Below are positions 1 to 9,297 of a stretch of DNA of 64,000 nucleotides, one piece after another. The translations under genes were made by a program, and so were the position numbers. The notes under the pieces are model-generated. The model saw nothing but the letters and a program-made list of their open reading frames with translations, made no database searches and was not told the DNA's origin. The number at the start of each line of letters is the position of its first letter. Position 1 is the stretch's first letter. Location of the stretch: sequence record MF498774.1, one strand, 5' to 3'.

Positions 1-1633
1 AATATAGCCAACCACCCCCCGCATCCGGTGTGATATTGGAACCGGAATAATAGACACCACTAGCAGGAGAAGACCCTTTAATAAAAGGTAGTTTTTCTGA
101 TTGTGGATATTCATAATATCTTGAATTATTTGGTAGCTCATAATCTTCATACTCCGAAGATATGATATACCCACTCATTTCAGAACCAACTCGAATTTCT
201 TCAAACTCTCGTCTTGCTAAGTCTTCTATTGTTGTACTTCCAACTAAAACCCCGTTGACATAAAACTTCATACTTGGGCTATCAATTTCCAACTTATACA
301 AATATTCTTTATTACAAGAAATTATTTCATTCGTGGTTATCGTTTTTCCAGCATAAGTAACAATATGCCCCATACCAGTAGGATGAGTCTTTGTTGTCAT
401 ACCAATGAAAATAGTATCATCGGATCCAGATCCAACCCGGTTTACAGGTACGTTGGTATCTGTATAAACCATTGATATAAAATAAGAAAATTTCTTACCA
501 ACTACCAATTTAGGGTCTTTTATATATTTTCCGTCATTATATGTGAAGTGTGGAAAACTGACATTTTCTAAATTACCATATTCAAATGCGGTAATATTTT
601 TCTCTTTAATTCTACCTGCGATGTCCCCACTGGTTTCTATCGCGTCTTCTGTAATAAAACCCCATTGACCAAAAGAAGCAGTTCCGGATTTAACAACTAC
701 CGGTTTTTTCCTGAATACGGATACCGTGCGAACCCCAGTAGTACCAATATATTGGGATTTAACGGGCCATGACGTAGCATATACGGTTAATCTATCTATT
801 GTGGTTGGAACAACAAAATCGTTATAAACAAAATCCCACTGCCCAGACGTATCAAGAGAACTGACATATCCGGAAGTAACGGAAGTATTTCCGTTATATC
901 CAATATAATATAGTCTTATTGATTCACCAGCCGCCGCCGCTAGGTCGTCCCTATACGTCTCAAGGCTGAATCTAAGGGTTTCGCCCCAGTTAACCACCAT
1001 ATCAGATATAAGGGTTTTATTCATGAATGTTTTGAATTCCGCTGTTTTTGATTTTTCGTTTATATATTCCTGTTGGTCTGAGATGATATTGTTTCCATAT
1101 CCTACAACACCAATATCATTGAACGTATCAAAAACAACTTCTAGAGAAACATTTATAAGCGAACTAACCCCAAATTGTTCTACCATAACCTTTTTCAGAC
1201 CACAGTCATATATTGCAGCGTATCGGGTGTTCTGTGTGTTTGTTGATGGATTCCAATGATTTGACCAACCAATACATCCAATTTTTTTGAAATAGTTGTT
1301 GATTGATGTAGTTGTTATGTTTTCACCATGAGAGATCATTAGAATAATCCCACTACCAATGGAATTGATCCAACCTTCAAACCGATTTACGTCAGTTGAA
1401 TTCTTAAAATTAAAAACGTCTCTGATTCCAACACTGAGATCGTTGTTTATACTGATACACTCAAGACCGTCTATTTCTACTGGGTTAATTGAGTATCCGT
1501 TGATAGACGCAATTTTATTTTGAGTGTCTGTTTTTGGGGATATCTTGATCTGATTTAATCCAGAAAAGTTCTCTGATAATTTATTAGACTTGATACCACC
1601 GTTTGAAATACTTGATATAACAAGTTCGGCCAT
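1..1633 (-). CDS. gp35: Long tail fibre hinge (knee) protein gp35 with C-terminal extension; truncated at window edge (>=544 aa)
   Basis: Missing from the ORF track. Hand translation from ATG at 1633 stays open to the edge. YAAIYDCGLKK, LEVVFDTFNDIGVVGY, GQWDFVYNDFVVP and ASFGQWG match T4 gp35 (YAAFYTSSKR, LDVVFDSLEDVGATGF, GSWELKEDYVVVP, AEFGVNG). Directly downstream of gene 34. Confidence 0.85.
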   Translation of the reverse strand, partial: MAELVISSISNGGIKSNKLSENFSGLNQIKISPKTDTQNKIASINGYSINPVEIDGLECISINNDLSVGIRDVFNFKNSTDVNRFEGWINSIGSGIILMISHGENITTTSINNYFKKIGCIGWSNHWNPSTNTQNTRYAAIYDCGLKKVMVEQFGVSSLINVSLEVVFDTFNDIGVVGYGNNIISDQQEYINEKSKTAEFKTFMNKTLISDMVVNWGETLRFSLETYRDDLAAAAGESIRLYYIGYNGNTSVTSGYVSSLDTSGQWDFVYNDFVVPTTIDRLTVYATSWPVKSQYIGTTGVRTVSVFRKKPVVVKSGTASFGQWGFITEDAIETSGDIAGRIKEKNITAFEYGNLENVSFPHFTYNDGKYIKDPKLVVGKKFSYFISMVYTDTNVPVNRVGSGSDDTIFIGMTTKTHPTGMGHIVTYAGKTITTNEIISCNKEYLYKLEIDSPSMKFYVNGVLVGSTTIEDLARREFEEIRVGSEMSGYIISSEYEDYELPNNSRYYEYPQSEKLPFIKGSSPASGVYYSGSNITPDAGGGWLY

Positions 1634-1648
1634 TATATTGCCCCTATG

Positions 1649-1674
1649 AAAAAGCCACCCCGTAGGATGGCTTT
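1649..1674 (-). terminator. Intrinsic terminator between genes 34 and 35
   Basis: Minus strand GCCATCC-TACG-GGGTGGC followed by a T run (UNCG loop). Confidence 0.8.
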
Positions 1675-1680
1675 GTTTTA

Positions 1681-4600
1681 TTAACTGATCCAAACAAAGT
1701 CAACAGACTTGGTAGTTGGGTTTGCTCTTATTTCTAAGAATTCTCCGTTACCAACTGCTATCCTAAGTTTATTTACGGTTGTTGTTCCATTCAGGTTAGA
1801 ATCACCATTTACGGTTAGCGCTTTCACCGAATTGATGATAAGCTCGCCTGTCATGGTATCACCACCCTTAAACACACGAGAACCAGATGTAGTATTCATA
1901 TCGTCTATCACGGAATCCAGATAGTCTTTACGAATTGCATCATCAGGATCAATCGGTAATGCACTTCCTATCTTAACTTGAGCATTTACCTTTAGGTCAC
2001 CATTCGATTCAAACGATGATGTATTTGATGGCGAAGATAGACCATTAGGGCGAATTTGTAATCCACCAAGAGAACCAATATTCAAACTCTCGTTTGCGTT
2101 TATGGTTATCCCACTCTTAGAAGTATTACCCATCCATATATTTTGGACACCGCTGTTCTTAAAATATGTAGTATTAACAAACGTTTTGTTACCGGTAATA
2201 GTTTCTGCGAAGTTACCCGGTCCACGAACATATCTTTCTTCTGCATAAGCAAAACGAACAAGGTGGTTCCCAGACGTTGGGTTCTGTCCGCCGTTTTGAA
2301 CTTGGTTGGTGAATATTGCATTACCATCCCGTTCAACAGTAAAGATCCTATAGTATCTACTGTTTTCGTCCATTGCGTTAAGGATTAATGGGCCATCAAT
2401 CGTGTTTACACCAAGATCTAAAAACGCATTGCTACCCTGACGTTTCCACTGGATCATGGATACATGAGATGTAGTCGATGTTTCGTTGAGATAGAAATAA
2501 GGTCTAATCTTCTCAATAGACGGATTTGCAGTAAATGTCATTTCGCCGGTTATTGTTTGTGCAATAGTACGACGAACCCAATCAGTTGAAGGTATACGGT
2601 TTCCACCAACCTCCATTGCACTGGCACTTACAGCCACAGCTTTAAGTGGTAGGAAATTAGCTAATGCTGTATTCAAACCTCTTGGAGAAACCAATACATC
2701 CCCATGTGCGTAACCGGTTAATGCTCTTGTAGAACCAAGAATATCATTACCTTCAAACACAGAGTTAGCAGAGTTGTTGTTTGACAATATTGCAGTAATA
2801 CCAACACCATATCTAGTATCAGTCATTCTATAACCCGCACTATTTCTAGAGCTGGTTAGAGCGGTTAACGGGGTTAGGTATTTTGTGTTGTTAGTACCGG
2901 TATCAACCTCAGATTGAGTTGCAATTTGAGACAAACCCGTTTGGGTCGTAGTCGCTAGTCTTGCACTCAGTTTCTTTGGAGTTACGATAATTTCGTCATT
3001 TGCGGTTCCGGTCATATCGTTTACTTCATTCTGAGTTGCAATTCTAGCAGTGCCTCGTTGTGACTCAGTAGGAATAACGATATTAAAAGATTGACCTTCC
3101 CAAATATTACCAACGGTTCTAAGTCCCGATGTATCGAACACAGTCAGTCTTTCTCTAGCTAACCAGTTACCAAATGTTTTTGGAGTAACAAACCATTTGT
3201 CATGTAATGTTCCCGCATCTACTTCCGCTTGTGTTGCGGTTTCGGACAAACCCCAACGGGTTTCGGTTGCGGTTCTACTTACAAGTCCTTTTGCGCTAAC
3301 GTGTACGTTGTCACCAGCCGGTGGTGTGTTGCTTAGTACTTCTGTTGATGTTGCCGCCCTTGACAACCCGGTTAGTGATGCTGTAGCCTGACGTCCTTCT
3401 AGGGTAGTTGCGGTTACTACTAGCGCACCGGTTGCGGTGTCAGCAGTACCTGTGTTAACCTCCCCTTGGTTGGCAATGTACACCATACCTTGTGAAAACT
3501 CAGTTGCGTTTTTCTCAAATAGAGTTTTCGGAGTGATTACCTTGCTATGATCGTTATAATCATAAACACCTGTACCCGGAGTTGTTCTTGTGGTAGGCTT
3601 AGTTCCATTAGCTGAGACAAGAGCCGATAAACCAGTCATAGACTCGGTGGCGACTCTACCGTTAAGGGTAGATGGTGTGACTGCAACTTGAGCCCAGTTT
3701 TCACCGGAACCGGATTGTGCGTTTGCTTGACTCTGTGTCGCTACCTTCAACAACCCACGCATTGTTGTTGTAGATAGACGGTCGTTCAACAGGAACGGAC
3801 TTATTGCCACCCCGGACCATGCTTCATCGGATAGGTTTCCACTAACTGCCTTGGATTCACCGTTAGATGCATATCGGGTGATACCACGCCGGACGGTACT
3901 TGCTGTTTTGTTAGCCAATGTTTCAGCGGTAACAAAATCCTCACAATCTGGGTTTTGACCGGTTGTGATCTCTTCTTTGTTCTTGTTTACAGATGATTGA
4001 GACGCAATGGCAGCCATACCATAAAATTCTGGTACATTTCGGTCTACTCGATACGGAATCTCAGACATAGTAACAACAGACCATACGTCTTTACCAGAAC
4101 CAAGAGCATTTGTGAAGTACACAAATTCCCACTGTTCCCCACGGTTTTGGATATCAAATGACTGAGTTTTTACGGTATTTGATTCCATATTAGCAAGAAA
4201 ATCGCGGTATGCGCTGATCCGGGGGTTCATTAGAGTGTTACCATCGGGTACAAAGAAATCATTTGTACTGGATGTATCAATATTTAAAGTTAAAGTGGAA
4301 CCCCTTTTCATGTATCGTGTGTCTATAAAGAAGCTATCACCTCTTGCCGCATCACGAGGGAATGTAATGTTGACAGTCGACGGAGTTTCAGTATAAACTA
4401 CTAGTCGGTCGTTTGGTTGACCTAAGTATGTGGATGTTTTGACACTTTTCCAACGACTAAGGTTGTCAGCGTCGAAAACTCTCCAAGCGTTGAGGGTTGA
4501 ATCAAAGACAAACATACCCCAATCTGTAGAATCAAAAACGACCGTTTTCATTGGGGTCGACCCATATTCAACTATGATGTTGTGGCTACTACCCGGATGA

Positions 4601-5373
4601 ACGTTTACGGTTGTCTTTGTTACTGGGTTATTACCATCAAGATCATATGTGGTAATAGTATCACCGTTTCTGGCGTATTTTGGTAGTTGGATCTTAATTC
4701 CACCAGTATATCTGGTTTCTCTCATCAACTGGTCACCAACAATGGATTTATAATATCCACCGGCTGGATACGACTTGTTGCTGATAAATGATTTGTTTAC
4801 ATCACCAGCGTATTCAGTTTGAACAAACCATTCGCTACCATTCAAAATGAAGTAGTTGGATGAATTTTTGGCTGTGATCTTATAAGAAGCCAAACCGGAA
4901 ATAGTTCTTCCATTACCAGAAACATCTATGGTATAATCGTGAAGATTAGAACCATTATCTCTGATAACAATAACGTCCCCATTAAGGGCATTCGTTGGTA
5001 AGGTAAATGTTACATCACTACTTATGGTCTGTGCCAAAATATGATCACCGGCAGAAAGATTTGTCAATGCTGGTGCATTAGTCGTAACCAGTTTCCAACT
5101 TGGGTCTGTACGTACTGGTTTCCATTTTACTGGGTTGAATGCCTCTGGTGAGGTTATATCAACTTGACTTAGGTATATGCGGTTATCATAGATAACAGCA
5201 AAGTTTTTGTCGTATGTTCTAGTTGCGTCATATAGTTGGATTGTGTTTTCTTGTACAAAGAAATCGACACTCACACCATCCATCTTTGAGTTAATATCGG
5301 GATAACCGACGTTAACTATTTTTTGACCAGCGGCATCTAAGCCATCGGTAACGCGAAACGGAATTGAAGACAT
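1681..5373 (-). CDS. gp34: Long tail fibre proximal subunit gp34 (1230 aa)
   Basis: N-terminus FRVTDGLDAAGQKIVNV, many ATxxxxG(L/I)xxxAT...(V/I)TP fibre repeats, C-terminal IRANPTTKSVDFVW; divergent from rnh as in T4. Confidence 0.95.
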   Translation of the reverse strand: MSSIPFRVTDGLDAAGQKIVNVGYPDINSKMDGVSVDFFVQENTIQLYDATRTYDKNFAVIYDNRIYLSQVDITSPEAFNPVKWKPVRTDPSWKLVTTNAPALTNLSAGDHILAQTISSDVTFTLPTNALNGDVIVIRDNGSNLHDYTIDVSGNGRTISGLASYKITAKNSSNYFILNGSEWFVQTEYAGDVNKSFISNKSYPAGGYYKSIVGDQLMRETRYTGGIKIQLPKYARNGDTITTYDLDGNNPVTKTTVNVHPGSSHNIIVEYGSTPMKTVVFDSTDWGMFVFDSTLNAWRVFDADNLSRWKSVKTSTYLGQPNDRLVVYTETPSTVNITFPRDAARGDSFFIDTRYMKRGSTLTLNIDTSSTNDFFVPDGNTLMNPRISAYRDFLANMESNTVKTQSFDIQNRGEQWEFVYFTNALGSGKDVWSVVTMSEIPYRVDRNVPEFYGMAAIASQSSVNKNKEEITTGQNPDCEDFVTAETLANKTASTVRRGITRYASNGESKAVSGNLSDEAWSGVAISPFLLNDRLSTTTMRGLLKVATQSQANAQSGSGENWAQVAVTPSTLNGRVATESMTGLSALVSANGTKPTTRTTPGTGVYDYNDHSKVITPKTLFEKNATEFSQGMVYIANQGEVNTGTADTATGALVVTATTLEGRQATASLTGLSRAATSTEVLSNTPPAGDNVHVSAKGLVSRTATETRWGLSETATQAEVDAGTLHDKWFVTPKTFGNWLARERLTVFDTSGLRTVGNIWEGQSFNIVIPTESQRGTARIATQNEVNDMTGTANDEIIVTPKKLSARLATTTQTGLSQIATQSEVDTGTNNTKYLTPLTALTSSRNSAGYRMTDTRYGVGITAILSNNNSANSVFEGNDILGSTRALTGYAHGDVLVSPRGLNTALANFLPLKAVAVSASAMEVGGNRIPSTDWVRRTIAQTITGEMTFTANPSIEKIRPYFYLNETSTTSHVSMIQWKRQGSNAFLDLGVNTIDGPLILNAMDENSRYYRIFTVERDGNAIFTNQVQNGGQNPTSGNHLVRFAYAEERYVRGPGNFAETITGNKTFVNTTYFKNSGVQNIWMGNTSKSGITINANESLNIGSLGGLQIRPNGLSSPSNTSSFESNGDLKVNAQVKIGSALPIDPDDAIRKDYLDSVIDDMNTTSGSRVFKGGDTMTGELIINSVKALTVNGDSNLNGTTTVNKLRIAVGNGEFLEIRANPTTKSVDFVWIS

Positions 5374-5414
5374 TTACAAGATCCTCTTGTGTTAGAATTA
5401 GTTATCATATATTA

Positions 5415-5421
5415 TTTAGGG
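5415..5421 (-). promoter_or_regulatory. Late promoter (CCCTAAATA) for gene 34
   Basis: TATTTAG(GG) on the plus strand ~40 nt upstream of the gene 34 start; the same motif recurs before most structural genes. Confidence 0.75.
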
Positions 5422-5431
5422 AGATTAACAG

Positions 5432-6367
5432 ATGTCATTATTTGACAATCCAGATCTTGGGTTAACTGGCGAACCCAATATTCAACTAATAGATTATAGC
5501 CAAATAGTAATTTCAAATTTGATGTATTACTTCAAACCAGAAGATATCATCACACCAAAAATCATTCGTAATATCATCATCGATGCATTACGTTCTCACG
5601 TTTTGAAAAACAAAAATGATTATCCAAATATCATTATTGCGATAGATTCCGTTGATGGATATTGGAGACGGGACGTGGCTCCGTATTATAAAAAGAGTCG
5701 AATCGCTAAAAAAGAAGAAAGTGGTTACGATTGGAAAGCTATTGGCGAAGCAATGACCGAAGTTCGGAAAGAAATTGCGCAGTACCTTCCATATAAGACT
5801 ATTTATGTTCCGGGTGCAGAAGCAGATGATATTTTTGGTGTTTTGATTAAATACTTCAAAGAAAAAGACCCAGATGTTAAGATACACATAACGTCAGCAG
5901 ATGGAGACTTTACCCAGCTTCAAAGGTGGAAAGGTGTTCGTCAATGGAACCCAATGCATAAGAAATGGGTTAAACCTGAACATGGTAGCGCACAACGGGA
6001 TCTCCTTTATAAAATTGTAAAGGGGGACACCAAGGACTCCATCGCAAATATCTACTCCCCGTCAGATCTTATTTATAAGAATAGTCTTCTGGAAAAAGAA
6101 GACCGAGTGAGACAGAAGTCAATTCGAAAAGAATTGTTGGCAAGTGTATTTACTGCCAAGGAACCAAAATCACTTTTTGAAGGTGATGTATTGGAAAGAT
6201 TTGAAGAAAACGAAAAATTAATTGATTTTAACTTCATACCGGATGATATTTCTGCTAAAATACTGACAGAATATCATTCTTTCAAAGTTCCAGCTCGTGG
6301 TAAAATCACAAATTACTTTATCTCTTCTGGTATGTCAGAAATGATCGGAAAAGAATCTGAATTTTAA
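5432..6367 (+). CDS. rnh: T4-type RNase H / 5'-3' exonuclease
   Basis: LIDYSQI, YWRRDVAPYYKKSR, EADD, SADGDFTQL and KGDTKDSIANI FEN-family motifs. Confidence 0.95.
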   Translation: MSLFDNPDLGLTGEPNIQLIDYSQIVISNLMYYFKPEDIITPKIIRNIIIDALRSHVLKNKNDYPNIIIAIDSVDGYWRRDVAPYYKKSRIAKKEESGYDWKAIGEAMTEVRKEIAQYLPYKTIYVPGAEADDIFGVLIKYFKEKDPDVKIHITSADGDFTQLQRWKGVRQWNPMHKKWVKPEHGSAQRDLLYKIVKGDTKDSIANIYSPSDLIYKNSLLEKEDRVRQKSIRKELLASVFTAKEPKSLFEGDVLERFEENEKLIDFNFIPDDISAKILTEYHSFKVPARGKITNYFISSGMSEMIGKESEF

Positions 6368-6382
6368 TTGAGGAAATATAAT

Positions 6383-6706
6383 ATGGCTCGTGAAGCAAAA
6401 GAAAAACCTATTTTTAATATCCATTCTTCTAAGCAAGAACTTATTCAACTAGTAAAAACTTGCTATGAACATCACACCAAGATCTCTATCGAGAAGGAAG
6501 GTATCAAAGCCGCTAAAGATGCAGCAAAGGCTATGGGTGTGGACGGTAAGCGTTTCAATAAGGTTCTGAAAATGTATCTTGATCAGAACCGCGACGAAGT
6601 AGAACAAGAAAACGAAGAAGCAATCGACCTCTTTGATACTCTGTTTGTTAATGGTATGAAACAAAAATCCCATGACTTCGATGATGAAGTTGAGGAAGAT
6701 GAATAA
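6383..6706 (+). CDS. dsbA: dsDNA-binding protein DsbA
   Basis: GVDGKRFNKVLKMYLDQNRDEVE matches T4 DsbA; ATG at 6383 follows a GAGG Shine-Dalgarno; synteny. Confidence 0.9.
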   Translation: MAREAKEKPIFNIHSSKQELIQLVKTCYEHHTKISIEKEGIKAAKDAAKAMGVDGKRFNKVLKMYLDQNRDEVEQENEEAIDLFDTLFVNGMKQKSHDFDDEVEEDE

Positions 6707-6945
6707 TGGCTACAGAAAACGATAAGATTGAATTCTCTAAGAGAGTTGAAGAACTAGCAGAGGCTCAAGGTTTGAGCCTGCTTACAGCCTGTTTTGAAGT
6801 GGCTGACGAACAATCGGTGGAAGAGGATCAGATCCATTCTCATATCCATCCTGTTTTAAAAGAGAAAATTCGAATGGAAGCTATCAGCAACCGAGTGCTT
6901 CGAGTTGAACAAGAAAATAACTTGGACTTTCTATTTAACCAATGA
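6706..6945 (+). CDS. gp33: Late transcription co-activator gp33
   Basis: Synteny (dsbA-33-59); LKEKIRMEAI..RVLR core and C-terminal clamp-binding-like LDFLF. Confidence 0.85.
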   Translation: MATENDKIEFSKRVEELAEAQGLSLLTACFEVADEQSVEEDQIHSHIHPVLKEKIRMEAISNRVLRVEQENNLDFLFNQ

Positions 6946-7607
6946 TTAAACTAATTCTCCCTCCAAAACCAATGATTACGATTGATGGGAGAAGCTGTTA
7001 TCGCCTTTATAGGTCTTTAAAGACCCAATTTTCGAACCCTAAATATCAGGTGGTTAAAGGTGGTGATTGGAAACTCCTAAATACATCGGAAGCAACCTAT
7101 AATAAAATGGCGCGAAAGCACATTTATGAAAGGTTGGCGAAGAAATATAATCTGGGTACTCTCTGTGGTATAATGATCACGAATCTGTGTTCTAATCCGG
7201 ATATGTGGGGTGGTGAATTCGGTGGTGAAGACGCCCACGATCATTACTTAAAAACTACCGGTAAATATGAGAGAATGAGCATAGTCTTTAAGAAAGAAAT
7301 TCAAGACTTACTCAGGAAATCAAAATCAAAAGGTGTGTCGTTCCGTGATATGATACTACCGACTGATGGTCAACCTTGGTTATTTAAATACGTCCAACAA
7401 GACGTTATTAGCTATGAAACGATGTTGCTTTTGGATTCATTATTCAATTTCATTGATTCATATGATAAATTAAACGACCATGTTTGGCAGAACGGTTATT
7501 CTAGCCGTATCAAAGCTTATCGTAGCTTAGTTAAAATAGATAAAGAAAAAGTAAGAAAGCATTTCAAAAAAATAATCGAAGATTACAAAGAACTAAACAA
7601 TATCTAA
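6942..7607 (+). CDS. gp59: Helicase loader gp59
   Basis: MIKLILPP..IDGRSCYRLYRSLK, YERLAKKYNL and ISYETMLLLDSLFNFID match T4 gp59. Confidence 0.95.
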   Translation: MIKLILPPKPMITIDGRSCYRLYRSLKTQFSNPKYQVVKGGDWKLLNTSEATYNKMARKHIYERLAKKYNLGTLCGIMITNLCSNPDMWGGEFGGEDAHDHYLKTTGKYERMSIVFKKEIQDLLRKSKSKGVSFRDMILPTDGQPWLFKYVQQDVISYETMLLLDSLFNFIDSYDKLNDHVWQNGYSSRIKAYRSLVKIDKEKVRKHFKKIIEDYKELNNI

Positions 7608-7632
7608 AAATAATCCAAAAGGAAAATAAAAT

Positions 7633-8604
7633 ATGTCTACTGCATTTGTTCGTCGTAAAAAAGACCCGTCCGCCCTGCAAGCTCAACTGGAAGCTGTATC
7701 TAACAAAGGTGGTTTCCAACAAGATCTGACTGAATGGAAACTGACTGTTGATAAGAAGACCAAAGAAGGCTCCGCTATCATTCGTTTCCTGCAACCTAGT
7801 GATCTGGAAGGTATGGAAGATTGGCCCACCATCGTGACCATCTCCAATCACTTTGTAGAGCGCGGTGGTAAGTACTACGTAGAAAACTGTACCGGTGGTA
7901 CTCACAAGAATTACGATGGCTGCCCTGTGTGTCAATGGCGCAATGCTCAAGGTTGGGACTGGTCTAGCGAAGCAGATAAGAAAGCTGCTCGTGAAACTGG
8001 AACCAGTATCAATACCAACTACTGGGCTAACATCATGGTCATCAAAGACCCGGCTAACCCGGATAATGAAGGTAAAGTATTCAAATACCGTTTTGGTGTT
8101 ACCATCCTGAAAATGATTCAAGCCGCTGCCGCTGGTGATGAGGAAATGGGTGAAGCCAAGGTTACAGTTACTGACCTTGATGAAGGTGCTAACTTCCTGC
8201 TCCGTTCTACCAAGAAAAACGAGAAGAATGCCACTCTGGAAACTTCCAAGTTCCAACCAGTAAGCCCGCTTCCGGGTATCGAAAAGCCGGAAGTTCAGAA
8301 GGCAATTTTGGAAGGTATGCAAGATCTGCGTAAGATTGTAGCACCTGACCAATTCAAGCCTTATGATGAACTCAAGAAGAAGTTTGATACTATTATGGGT
8401 GTTCGTGGTTCTACTGCTTCTGCAAAGAAAGCTGATCAAGAACTCGATTCATTCGAAGCGGATATGAAAAACTTCGAAGCAAGCACCACTTCCAAACCGG
8501 AAGTAAAGAAAGATGATACCGACGAACTGGCTAAAGCTGTGTCAGAAAGTGTAGGTTCCTCTGATGGTGATGACGACCTCGACGCTCTGTTGGCTGGTCT
8601 GTAA
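7633..8604 (+). CDS. gp32: Single-stranded DNA-binding protein gp32
   Basis: Zn ligands NH...C...CPVC, YWANIMVIKDPANPDNEGKVFKYRFG and acidic tail DDDLDALLAGL. Confidence 0.97.
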   Translation: MSTAFVRRKKDPSALQAQLEAVSNKGGFQQDLTEWKLTVDKKTKEGSAIIRFLQPSDLEGMEDWPTIVTISNHFVERGGKYYVENCTGGTHKNYDGCPVCQWRNAQGWDWSSEADKKAARETGTSINTNYWANIMVIKDPANPDNEGKVFKYRFGVTILKMIQAAAAGDEEMGEAKVTVTDLDEGANFLLRSTKKNEKNATLETSKFQPVSPLPGIEKPEVQKAILEGMQDLRKIVAPDQFKPYDELKKKFDTIMGVRGSTASAKKADQELDSFEADMKNFEASTTSKPEVKKDDTDELAKAVSESVGSSDGDDDLDALLAGL

Positions 8605-8610
8605 GAATTC

Positions 8611-8637
8611 AAAAAGAGACCTTCGGGTCTCTTTTTT
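8611..8637 (+). terminator. Terminator after gene 32
   Basis: AAAAAGAGACC-TTCG-GGTCTCTTTTTT. Confidence 0.9.
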
Positions 8638-8639
8638 AG

Positions 8640-8669
8640 TTTACAACGTATGAAATTTTGTGATAGAAT
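8640..8669 (+). promoter_or_regulatory. Early sigma70-type promoter
   Basis: (G)TTTACA-18 nt-TAGAAT with TGTG just upstream of the -10, like T4 early promoters. Confidence 0.65.
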
Positions 8670-8694
8670 GAGTCAAAACATAATGAGGTTTAAA

Positions 8695-9297
8695 ATGAAA
8701 AGTGTATTCTTAACAGACATTGATGGTGTATGTGTTTCTTGGCAAAGTAATCTACCGTTCTTTGCGGCTGAACATAACTTACCAACCAATGTCATCATTG
8801 AGATGATTCAAGATGAAAAATTCCGCCCAATGAGCGAGATATTCGACTGTTCTCCTGCATTTGGTGATCAGCTTCTTAGGAAATATAATGAAAGTAAATG
8901 GATTCGTGGACTCAAACCTTATAACGACGCACTAAAATTCATCAACGAAAATAAAGATGAATTCGATTTCGTTGGTATTACTGCTTTGGGAACTAAGTTT
9001 GAAGTTGCTGCAAACCGGATGTCAAACCTGAATGTATTGTTTCCCGGTGCGTTTCGTGAAGTTCTGATTTGCGATCACAACGAAAGTAAAGAGAAACTGT
9101 TTGAAGAGGCGTTTCAACACTATGGAAACCGGATAGTAACTTATGTGGATGATCTACCTCATCACTGTGATATGGCTCGTAAGGTGCTAAATGACCGTTG
9201 TGGACTCAATATTCCAGTTTATGAAATGAACCGCCGTAATAGCGACAAATCCGAATTCGTAGTTAACGATTTCAGTCAACTAGTAGGTAAAATTTAA
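8695..9297 (+). CDS. 30.2: HAD-superfamily protein, T4 gp30.2 homolog
   Basis: LTDIDGVCVSWQSNLPFFA, MIQDEKF and NLNVLFPGAF closely match T4 30.2. Start moved to ATG 8695, after a GAGG SD. Confidence 0.9.
   Translation: MKSVFLTDIDGVCVSWQSNLPFFAAEHNLPTNVIIEMIQDEKFRPMSEIFDCSPAFGDQLLRKYNESKWIRGLKPYNDALKFINENKDEFDFVGITALGTKFEVAANRMSNLNVLFPGAFREVLICDHNESKEKLFEEAFQHYGNRIVTYVDDLPHHCDMARKVLNDRCGLNIPVYEMNRRNSDKSEFVVNDFSQLVGKI

Noticed and set aside
1023-1259. 78-aa plus-strand track ORF
   Set aside because: It is antisense to the gp35 reading frame, which is the supported CDS.
1681-5373. Repeats in gp34/gp12 as a novel repeat array
   Set aside because: These are the expected ATxxxxG..TP fibre motifs of T4-type gp34 and gp12.
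7564-8439. 291-aa antisense ORF over gene 32 (also 32280..33020, 45728..46510, 17979..18869, 19337..19996, 51818..52414 and other overlapping track ORFs)
   Set aside because: They lie opposite well-supported genes, lack SD/promoter context and have no recognisable motifs; treated as shadow frames.
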